A stretch of DNA of 43,299 bases, taken from Acetobacterales bacterium (GTDB taxonomy: Bacteria > Pseudomonadota > Alphaproteobacteria > JBBDQX01). The position numbers were made by a program, and so were the translations under genes. The stretch is from assembly GCA_040905765.1 (NCBI GenBank), contig JBBDQX010000085.1:1-43299 (forward strand), in the 5' to 3' direction. The notes under the pieces are model-generated. The model saw nothing but the letters and a program-made list of their open reading frames with translations. It was not told where the DNA came from and did not search any database. This document shows, piece after piece, positions 28,255 through 38,085 of this stretch (the stretch's first letter is position 1; the number at the start of each line of letters is the position of its first letter).

Positions 28255-29289
28255 TCAGGTTCCGGGACCTTCGTCGTAGCCGACCTTGTTGAAGATTTTC
28301 AAGGCGTCGGCCCGATGCTCGGCGATCGCGGCGAGCGAAGTCTCGTCGGGCTTGAAATCGCCCCAGGACTTCACTTCCTCCGGCCACTCGACGCCATCGA
28401 CGATCGGATACTCCATATTGTCCGAAGCGTAAATGTGCTGCGCCTTGTCGCCGGCGAGGAATTCGATCAGCTTGATCGCGTTCTCCGGATTCTTCGCATG
28501 CTTCGCCACGCCGGCGCCGCTGATGTTGACGTGGGCGCCGCGGCCTTCCTGATTCGGGAAGTAGATCTTCACCGCGTCCGCCCAGGGCTGCTGCTCCGGG
28601 TTCTGCTTCATCTTGCCGTAGTAGTAGGTGTTGGCGAGGGCGATGTCGCAGACGCCCTCCATGATGGCGCGGGACTGCGCGCGGTCATTGCCCTGCGGCT
28701 TGCGCGCCAGGTTCTGCTTGACGCCCTGCGCCCACTGCTCCGCCTTCTCCATGCCGTCGGCCTCGATGATCGAGGCCAGCAGCGACACCATGTAGACATG
28801 CGAGCCCTGCCGCGTGCAGATGCGACCCTTCCACTTGGGATCGGCCAGCGCCTCATAGGTCGAGAGCTCCGACGGGTTGACCCGGTCCTTGGAGTGGTAG
28901 ATTACCCGCGAGCGGATCGACAGGCCGTACCAGTAGCCCTCAGGGTGGCGGTAGGCTGCAGGAATCCGCTTCTCCAGATACTCCGACTTCACCGGCTGCA
29001 GCGTATCGGCCTTGTAGTGGTCGTGCAGGCGGCCGATGTCGACCGTCAGCACTGCGTCGGCCGGGCTGTTCTGCCCTTCCGCCAGCATGCGGTTGAGCAC
29101 GCCGCCGTCGACGTAGACGACATTCGTCTTGATGCCGGTTTCCTTCTGGAACGCCTCGAGCAGCGGAGCGAGAAGGAACTCCTGGCGGTAAGAATAGAGA
29201 TTCACTTCCTCGGCGGCCTTCACGGCCGTCGGCGTCGTGGATACCGCCACGGCCAGGCCGGTAGCGGCGATCAGCATTCGTCCAAACAT
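28255..29289 (-). CDS. fbpA: Iron(III) ABC transporter substrate-binding protein (FbpA/FutA type)
   Basis: Signal peptide, VNLYSYRQ, EGQNSPAD, YEALADPKWKG, KPQGNDRAQ, NTYYYG, HVNISG; GAGGAG RBS before ATG 29289. Confidence 0.93.
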   Translation of the reverse strand: MFGRMLIAATGLAVAVSTTPTAVKAAEEVNLYSYRQEFLLAPLLEAFQKETGIKTNVVYVDGGVLNRMLAEGQNSPADAVLTVDIGRLHDHYKADTLQPVKSEYLEKRIPAAYRHPEGYWYGLSIRSRVIYHSKDRVNPSELSTYEALADPKWKGRICTRQGSHVYMVSLLASIIEADGMEKAEQWAQGVKQNLARKPQGNDRAQSRAIMEGVCDIALANTYYYGKMKQNPEQQPWADAVKIYFPNQEGRGAHVNISGAGVAKHAKNPENAIKLIEFLAGDKAQHIYASDNMEYPIVDGVEWPEEVKSWGDFKPDETSLAAIAEHRADALKIFNKVGYDEGPGT

Positions 29290-29343
29290 CGTCCCCTCCT
29301 CAGGAATTCGTGCAGTGGCGACCGACACGGCGGCCGCTATGCA

Positions 29344-29362
29344 ATTGCTAACCATTCGCATC
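29344..29362. promoter_or_regulatory. Fur/Mur-type 7-1-7 box upstream of fbpA
   Basis: atTGCTAAC-C-ATTCGCAtc, imperfect 7-1-7 dyad about 55 bp upstream of an iron transporter. Confidence 0.6.
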
Positions 29363-29441
29363 ACGCGAGGGGAGTTAACGGGTTTTACCCCGGACCGCAA
29401 CCAGAAATTTCGTGATCGACCTTTCCGGCGGCGTCCGGTGG

Positions 29442-29984
29442 TCAGTTGGCCTCGCCCTCGGGCGTGCTCTCGGCATCGCGCGGGGCGGGGCCGATCTTCT
29501 TGATCACCATGCCGAGCCCGCCAAGCAACTGCCTGCCGACCTTGCCGCCGTCTCCGGTCAGCCGCTTGCCGAGCACGAGCCGCAGGGCGTCGACGTGCAG
29601 CTTCGCGGTCGCCGTCTCCTTGGCGCCGAACTTCTCGACGCTTTCGAGGAACTCGCAGAGCTGTTTGGCGATGGCGGTGACCAGCATGTAGTTGAAGCTG
29701 CCGCCCTGCCCCTTCATGTCGTGGGCGACGTGGAATGCGTCGTCGACGTGACTGCGCCATGCTTCCGGCTCGGACGCGGCACTCTCGATGGCTTTCTGGA
29801 GGTTGGTCAGGTCGCCTTTCACCCACTCCAGATAATCCTCGGCCATATCCTCGACGACCTTTTCCGCCCTCTGCAGGACAAGGTCGTCGACGGCACCCGG
29901 CCCGCCGACGCGGACCTTGCGCTTCAGGTCTTCGGACGGCTCGAGCACGTCGCCCGTCTTCACCGTCGCGTTCTGACTTGCCAA
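29442..29984 (-). CDS. Stand-alone Hpt (histidine phosphotransfer) protein
   Basis: AHDMKGQGGSFNY (H-x-x-KG), helical; probable TTG start at 29984 after GAGGGAG. Confidence 0.8.
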   Translation of the reverse strand: MASQNATVKTGDVLEPSEDLKRKVRVGGPGAVDDLVLQRAEKVVEDMAEDYLEWVKGDLTNLQKAIESAASEPEAWRSHVDDAFHVAHDMKGQGGSFNYMLVTAIAKQLCEFLESVEKFGAKETATAKLHVDALRLVLGKRLTGDGGKVGRQLLGGLGMVIKKIGPAPRDAESTPEGEAN

Positions 29985-30130
29985 ACCGCTTCTCTCCCTC
30001 GGATCCTGTCCACCCGCCATGCCACCCGCTACAGCCGGCACCCAACCGGCAAGGACGGCATCAAGGACTGTCAAGACCAGCTTGAACAACCCCCATCACA
30101 GCACCAGTAAAACTGTAACATAACCGAATA

Positions 30131-30143
30131 TGTCTGTCAGACA
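30131..30143. promoter_or_regulatory. Palindrome in AT-rich spacer between receiver and Hpt genes
   Basis: TGTCTG-T-CAGACA. Confidence 0.3.
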
Positions 30144-30148
30144 GTATT

Positions 30149-30661
30149 TTACGATCGACCCTCGCCCTCTCCCGCGGGTCCCTTCCGGCGTTCCGGTCCG
30201 TCGTAATCGAACTGCCGCCTGCGGCGATCGGGACCGAAGTAGTTCTCCGACCGGATGAAGGGGCGCGGCCGTTCGATCAGTGTGGCGATGCGGGTCCAGA
30301 GCGCCTTGGCCGAGAGCGGCTTGGCGAGGAACTCGTTCACACCCGCGTCGCGCGCTTCGAACACCCTGTCCTGCTCGCTGTAGCCGGTGATCATGATGAT
30401 CGGCACGAAGCGGTTCGGGCTCTCGTCGCTCGTGCGCAGCTTGCGCGTGAGCCCGATGCCGTCGAGCGGCGTCATCTTCCAGTCGGTGATGACAAGGTCG
30501 CAGTCGATGGTCGAAAGCAGCCGAAACGCCGCGTCGCCGTCGGCGGCCTCCTCTATGCGCCCGACGCCCATCGCCTGCAGCACGTTGCGCAGCAGGAAGC
30601 GGAAGTTGAAATTGTCCTCGACGATCAGCACGGTGAGGTCGCGCAGATTGAAGGCGCTCAT
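30149..30661 (-). CDS. CheY-like receiver with C-terminal arginine-rich c-di-GMP-binding motifs (Cle-type)
   Basis: IVEDN, ITDWKM (phosphoacceptor Asp), ITG, LAKP; tail YFGPDRRRR and YDGPERRK. Confidence 0.85.
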   Translation of the reverse strand: MSAFNLRDLTVLIVEDNFNFRFLLRNVLQAMGVGRIEEAADGDAAFRLLSTIDCDLVITDWKMTPLDGIGLTRKLRTSDESPNRFVPIIMITGYSEQDRVFEARDAGVNEFLAKPLSAKALWTRIATLIERPRPFIRSENYFGPDRRRRQFDYDGPERRKGPAGEGEGRS

Positions 30662-30798
30662 TGCCTCCGTCCGGCGGCGATCATGTCGGTGCCGGCGCGA
30701 TGGCTCGCGCCGCGTCCCAGTCGATCTCCAGTTCCACCGCTACCCCGGACGCCCCCGTCGCATTCCTGCCGCTCGCCGGCGCCTGCCGCCAGGACTCG

Positions 30799-30834
30799 GA
30801 TCACCCACAGGTCAGGTCACCCATGGGTCAGATC
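30799..30834 (-). other. RNA hairpin at the SDR stop codon
   Basis: Minus strand ACCCAUGGGU-GACCUG-ACCUGUGGGU pairs fully with two G-U pairs; closed by GAUC/GAUC; no U tract. Confidence 0.4.
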
Positions 30835-31519
30835 ACCAGGGCAACTCCCGCCCGTCATAGTTGAAGAATCGGCCGCTGTCACCCGCACGGAGCCCGTCGA
30901 TCACCGCACGCAGGCCGGACGCGCTGTCCTCGGGCGAGATCGCGGCATTCGGACCGCCCATGTCCGTTTGCACCCATCCCGGATGAAGCACGACGACGAC
31001 CACGCCGCGGTCGCGCAGGTCGAAGGACACGCTGCGCATCACCTGGTTCACCATGGCCTTGCTCGAGCGGTAGATGTACCCGCCTCCCGAGGTATTGTCG
31101 CCGACGCTGCCCATCAGGCTGCTCACCGTGGCGACACGGCCGTTCTTCGACCGCGCCACGTGGTCGGCGAAATGCTGCGTCACGCGCAACGGGGCCATGC
31201 CGTTGATCTTCAGCACCTCGGTCCAGGCGTCGTAATCGACATGGCTGAACGAGGTGTCACGCGGACCGTAGATGCCGGCGTTGTTGATCAGGACATCGAT
31301 GGTCCGGTCCTTCAGCTTCGCGGCGGCGTCCGCTACCTCCCGGTCGCTGCCCACGTCCATGCGGACCGGTTCCACCGACCCGCGAATTTCCTTCAGGCCG
31401 GCGGCGCCGTCGGGATTGCGGCACGCCGCGATCACGGTGGCGCCCCCGGCGGCGTACTGGCGAACAATATCCAGGCCGCTTCCGCGGCTCGCGCCCGTTA
31501 TGAGCACCGTCTCGGTCAT
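30833..31519 (-). CDS. SDR family oxidoreductase (CsgA/C-factor-like)
   Basis: TGASRGSG, LINNAG, SSLMGS, YRSSK, HPGWVQTDMGG, ELPW terminus. Confidence 0.92.
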   Translation of the reverse strand: MTETVLITGASRGSGLDIVRQYAAGGATVIAACRNPDGAAGLKEIRGSVEPVRMDVGSDREVADAAAKLKDRTIDVLINNAGIYGPRDTSFSHVDYDAWTEVLKINGMAPLRVTQHFADHVARSKNGRVATVSSLMGSVGDNTSGGGYIYRSSKAMVNQVMRSVSFDLRDRGVVVVVLHPGWVQTDMGGPNAAISPEDSASGLRAVIDGLRAGDSGRFFNYDGRELPW

Positions 31520-31546
31520 TGCTGTCTCCGTCCGAAAATGAAACCG

Positions 31547-32957
31547 TCACTGGAAGACAATGGCGGCGAACCCCAGGAATGTGAAGAAGCCGACCACATC
31601 CGTCACTGTCGTCAGGAACACGCTGGACGCGATGGCAGGGTCGATGTTCATCCTCGTCAGGGCGATCGGGATCAGCGTCCCCGACAGGTTCGCCACCAGC
31701 AGGGTCAGCACCATCGCGCCTGCGATGATCCCTCCGATCTCGGGGCTACCGAACCACAGCCAGGCGACGGCTGCCGCAATTACGGCGAAGGCGATGCCGC
31801 AGAACAGACCGACGAGGGTCTCCTTCCAGACCACCCTGACGGTGTTCGCCGCCGTCAGTTCCTTGGTCGCCAGCGCGCGCACCGCCACGGTCAGCGACTG
31901 CGTACCGGCGTTGCCGCCCATGCTGGCGACGATCGGCATGAGGATGGCCAGGGCCACGGCCTGCTCCAGCGTCGCTTCGAACAGGCCGATGACGAGCGAG
32001 GCCAGGACCGCCGTCCCGAGATTGAGCAGCAGCCAGCGGAACCGCGCCTTGGTGGTGTCCATCACCGCGCCGTACAGGTCGTCGCGCTCGACGCCGGCCA
32101 GCCGGTGGATGTCCTCCTCCGCCTCCTCATGGATAACGTCGACGATGTCGTCGATGGTGACGGTGCCGATCAGGCGCCCGGACTCGTCGACGACCGCCGC
32201 GGACGTCAGGTCGTGCTGGCGGAACAGGAAGGCAACCTCCTCCTGGTCCATGTTGGCCGGAATGGCGATGGTCTGCGGATGGATGACGGCGGTCACCCGC
32301 ACCGGGCGGCGGCTCCGCAGTATCTGGCTGAGGTTGACGTTGCCGAGCGGACGGTACGCGGCATCCACGACATAGATGTCGTAGAACTCGTCCGGCAGGT
32401 CGCGGGCCTCGCGCAGGTAGTCGATGGTGTTGCCGACGGTCCAGTGCGAGGGCACCGCGACGAACTCGCGCTGCATCAGGCGCCCGGCGCTGTCCTCCGG
32501 GTAGCTCAGGCCCTCCTCGAGGATGCGCCGGTCGCGCACGGGCACCGCGGCGAGGATCTTCTGCTGCTCCAGCGCATCCAGTTCGCCGAGCAGATAGACG
32601 GCGTCGTCGCTGTCCAGTTCGGCGACGGCGCGGGCGATGTTCTCCAGCCCGAGTTCGGCGATGACCGCGCTACGGACGCGGCGGTCGAGTTCGGTCAGCA
32701 CCTCGGGATTGAAGGTGTCGCGGATGTAGTCGAGCAGCCGCAGCCGCTCCTCGTTCGAGAGCTGCTCGATCAGGTCGGCGATATCGGCATAGCTCAGCGG
32801 GCGGACCAGGCGACGGACGCGTTTGCGACGGCCCTCGTCCAGCGCCTCGGTGATCTTGTGGACCAGCTTGGGACTGAGGCCGTAAAGGTCCTCCGCCGCC
32901 CCTCCGGCGTCGCCGTCGCCGGGGCCGGCCTTCTCGCCGTATTTGGGCTCGCGGGTA

Positions 32958-32965
<8 letters not shown>
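31547..32965 (-). CDS. mgtE: Magnesium transporter MgtE
   Basis: ADIAD N-domain, YPEDSAGRLM CBS pair, TIDDIVDVI, SMGGNAGTQ, DPAIAS, TTVTDVVG; start overlaps the maeB stop by 8 nt. Confidence 0.95.
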
Positions 32966-35246
<2,281 letters not shown>

Positions 35247-35314
35247 GGTGACTCCCCTCGGGCCCCGGCGGCCCGCACGGCATACCTTATCGCGTTTTTG
35301 GGGAGGCGGTCTCA

Positions 35315-35339
35315 ACCCCCGCCGGGTTATGGCGGGGGT
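35315..35339 (-). terminator. Hairpin immediately 3' of tRNA-Leu (terminator or processing stem)
   Basis: ACCCCCGCC/GGCGGGGGT 9-bp stem, 7-nt loop; only a weak U tract. Confidence 0.45.
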
Positions 35340-35341
35340 AA

Positions 35342-35428
35342 TGGTGCGGTCGAGAGGACTTGAACCTCCACGGGGTCACCCCCACAACGCCCTCAACGTT
35401 GCGCGTCTACCAATTCCGCCACGACCGC
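35342..35428 (-). tRNA. tRNA-Leu (anticodon GAG), 87 nt, encoded CCA
   Basis: GCGGTCG acceptor stem, TGGCGGAATTGGTAGACGC D arm, CAACG-TTGAGGG-CGTTG anticodon arm, long variable arm, GGTTCAAGTCC T arm, ACCA end. Confidence 0.97.
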
Positions 35429-35501
35429 ACGGGTAGGAATTCGGGTATCTTTCTATTCATCCTCGGTGAAAATACAACAGCCATCTGCAAACGATTTCGT
35501 C

Positions 35502-36167
35502 ATGTCCGCGCTGACCGCAGCCACCTGCGACACACAGGCCGTCACCTGGAGGCTCAGCCAGGGGCTGGTGCCCTATCCCGAAGCCCTCGCGGGGATGGAG
35601 TCGCGTGTCGATGCCATCCGAGCGAGCGATGCGGCCGAGCAGGTCTGGCTGCTGCAGCATCCACCGCTGTACACCGCGGGTACCAGCGCGACCGACGAGG
35701 AACTGCTCGACGCCGGCGGCCTGCCCGTCTACCGCACCGGCCGCGGCGGGCGGCTCACCTACCACGGGCCGGGCCAGCGGGTCGCCTATGTGATGCTCGA
35801 CCTGCGACGCCGCGGCGCCGATGTCCGCCGCTACGTCCGCGACCTCGAGGAATGGCTGATCCGCGCCCTCGCCCGCCTCGGCGTCGAGGGCGGCCGCCGC
35901 GATGGCCGCGTCGGCATCTGGACCGGGGTGCCCGGCGGCGAGGCGAAGATCGCCGCCATCGGCGTGCGCATCCGCCGCTGGGTGAGCTATCACGGCGTCG
36001 CCCTCAACGTCGATCCGGACCTCTCGCGCTTCGCCGGTATCGTACCCTGCGGCATCCGCGAACACGGCGTCACCTCGCTCGCCGCCCTTGGCGTGGAAGC
36101 CGATCTGGCCGCTGCCGACGCGGCGCTGCGCGAAGCGTTCGCCGAAACCTTCGGCGATACCCGGTAG
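35502..36167 (+). CDS. lipB: Lipoyl(octanoyl) transferase
   Basis: [42 protein letters not shown]. Confidence 0.96.
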   Translation: MSALTAATCDTQAVTWRLSQGLVPYPEALAGMESRVDAIRASDAAEQVWLLQHPPLYTAGTSATDEELLDAGGLPVYRTGRGGRLTYHGPGQRVAYVMLDLRRRGADVRRYVRDLEEWLIRALARLGVEGGRRDGRVGIWTGVPGGEAKIAAIGVRIRRWVSYHGVALNVDPDLSRFAGIVPCGIREHGVTSLAALGVEADLAAADAALREAFAETFGDTR

Positions 36168-36180
36168 GCCGGCGGGTAGC

Positions 36181-37092
36181 ATGGACGAGCGGCAGGATCG
36201 GCCCGCGCTCACCCCGGCGGCCTTGCTGGGACAACTCGAGGCCTGCCTCGACGCCCATACGCAATGGATGGAGACGCTCCACCGCACCCTCGTCTGCGGC
36301 ATGCCGGTGGAACCGGAGCAGCTTCACGAGGACTCGCATTTGCGCAGCCGGTTCGGGCGCTGGTACGCGGCGAACGGCGGGGCGGAACTGGTCGACCAGC
36401 CGGCCTTCCGCGACCTCGGTGCCCTTGATGCCGAACTGCACGCCGCCGCGCGCCATCTGCTGATCGTCCACCAGGCCGGCAATCCGATCCCTGCGGATCT
36501 GTACGACCTCTTCGCGGCGAAATCCGCCGCCTTTACCCGCCAGATCCGGCGTCTCGCACGCGCCTTCTCCGCCGCGGTGTCGGACCTCGATCCGGTGACC
36601 GGCCTGCAGAACCGCCAGGCGATGCTGGGGGACCTGGAGAACGAGCGGCAGCGCAGCGTCCGCACCGGCGCGGCACTGTCGGTCGCGATCGCCGACATCG
36701 ACCACTTCAAGCGGATCAACGACACACACGGCCATGCCGTCGGCGACCTCGCGCTGACCACGGCGGCACAGACGATGCTTCGCCACGTGCGCCCGTTCGA
36801 CGGCATCTACCGCATTGGCGGGGAGGAGTTCCTGATCGTCCTGCCCTATGCCGATCTCGACCGGGCCGCCGTTGTGGTCGAGCGGCTGCGCAACGAGTTG
36901 CAGGCGACGCCGGTCGCTCTCGCCGGGGGCGGATCGCTGCGCATGACGGTATCGTTCGGCGTCGCCCAGGTCGCCGGCGAAGAAGCGCTTGAGGCGGCCA
37001 TCGAGCGTGCCGACCGGGCCCTCTACGACGCCAAGGACGGCGGCCGCAACCGCGTCGTCAAGGCAGGAAGCGAGCCGGTGCGGCGCGCCTAA
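36181..37092 (+). CDS. Diguanylate cyclase, CZB-like + GGDEF (DgcZ-like)
   Basis: DPVTGLQNR, DIDHFKRINDTHGH, RPFD I-site, GGEEF, ALYDAK..GRN; N-terminal CZB-like segment (AHTQW, FGRWY, ELH). Confidence 0.9.
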   Translation: MDERQDRPALTPAALLGQLEACLDAHTQWMETLHRTLVCGMPVEPEQLHEDSHLRSRFGRWYAANGGAELVDQPAFRDLGALDAELHAAARHLLIVHQAGNPIPADLYDLFAAKSAAFTRQIRRLARAFSAAVSDLDPVTGLQNRQAMLGDLENERQRSVRTGAALSVAIADIDHFKRINDTHGHAVGDLALTTAAQTMLRHVRPFDGIYRIGGEEFLIVLPYADLDRAAVVVERLRNELQATPVALAGGGSLRMTVSFGVAQVAGEEALEAAIERADRALYDAKDGGRNRVVKAGSEPVRRA

Positions 37093-37367
37093 GCCGTCGG
37101 CCGCTGTTCGAATCCCGCCGGCACCTCGTCGGCGTCGGCCAGTTCCTGGCGCACCGTCGAGACCTGCGCCCATTCAGGCCCATCCCGGCAGACTTCCAGA
37201 ACCTTATCGACGGCGTCCGGGGCGCCTGCGAATAGAGCCTCGACGGTACCGTCGGTGCGGTTGCGCACCCAGCCGCGCAGACCGCGGAGACCCGCCTGCT
37301 CGACGGTCCACGCGCGGAATCCCACCCGCTGCACCCGGCCGTCGATGACGACCCGGACGGCCTTCAT
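37089..37367 (-). CDS. acyP: Acylphosphatase
   Basis: GRVQRVGFR, GWVRNRTDGTVE, GP; ATG overlaps the ATP12 stop (ATGA). Confidence 0.9.
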   Translation of the reverse strand: MKAVRVVIDGRVQRVGFRAWTVEQAGLRGLRGWVRNRTDGTVEALFAGAPDAVDKVLEVCRDGPEWAQVSTVRQELADADEVPAGFEQRPTA

Positions 37368-38071
37368 GCCCGGCACAGCTCCAGGAATCGGCCGGCGGCG
37401 TCCAGGTCGCGGCGCAGTGCCGTCCGCCGCCGTGCAGCATCGGGGTCCTCGCCCCACAGCGCGAGCTGATAGCTCTCGTCCTGCTGAGAGAGTTCGAATG
37501 CGGAGGCTGCGTCGATGCGGCTCTCCGCCATCGCCAGACCGAGGACGGCCGACCCGGCGGCGGGTATGGCGATGCCGAGGGCAGCGAGGGACCAGCCGTC
37601 GAAAGCCCGCAGGGCAGCCGCTACACGCTCGACGCTTTCGCGCGGTTGCGCCACCGGCATGACGCCCCGGGTCACGACGAACCGGGCATCGTAGCGGGTC
37701 TCGAACCACTCCAGGAGCGGCTGCCAGCCTTCCGCCTGGCGTGTCGCCAGCTCGACGGGCAGTTCGGCGCGGTAGCACAGCAGGTCGGTCTCGGCGAAGC
37801 GCGAAAGCTCCACGGCGACGGGGGACGGGTCGGGCAAGATCCTGTCGAGGGCGGTACTGGCGAGCTGCGTCAGCAACATGCTGCGGGGATCGAGGTTTTC
37901 CCCCTGTGCCTCCCATTCCTCGGCGATCGCGGCGGCAAGGGCCGGCGTAGGCAGGGCCAGCGCGCCTCCGCCCGGCGTCCGCACTTGCCGGCCGTCGAGC
38001 AGCACCGCACTGCGTCGCTCATCCTCCGCGACGGACGCCTGCTTGTAGAAACGCCGCATCCGGGATGCCAC
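37364..38071 (-). CDS. ATP12 family F1-ATPase assembly chaperone
   Basis: RRFYK, LDGRQVRTP, AEEW, DLLCYRA, DESYQLALWGED. Confidence 0.9.
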   Translation of the reverse strand: MASRMRRFYKQASVAEDERRSAVLLDGRQVRTPGGGALALPTPALAAAIAEEWEAQGENLDPRSMLLTQLASTALDRILPDPSPVAVELSRFAETDLLCYRAELPVELATRQAEGWQPLLEWFETRYDARFVVTRGVMPVAQPRESVERVAAALRAFDGWSLAALGIAIPAAGSAVLGLAMAESRIDAASAFELSQQDESYQLALWGEDPDAARRRTALRRDLDAAGRFLELCRA

Positions 38072-38085
38072 GGGTCGCGCTTCCC

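Noticed and set aside
28255-30045. 596-aa ORF suggesting an extended iron-binding protein
   Set aside because: The extension is an alternative frame over the Hpt gene and promoter; RBS and signal peptide place the start at 29289.
30681-30824. Minus-strand mini-ORF MGDLTCG-UGA-SESW...ELEIDWDAARAI as a possible selenoprotein
   Set aside because: No RBS, no convincing SECIS and no recognisable family; the ATG and UGA are part of a hairpin/repeat.
35342-35428. tRNA-Leu as an island integration site
   Set aside because: No integrase, no duplicated tRNA 3' end seen, and both flanks are core genes.
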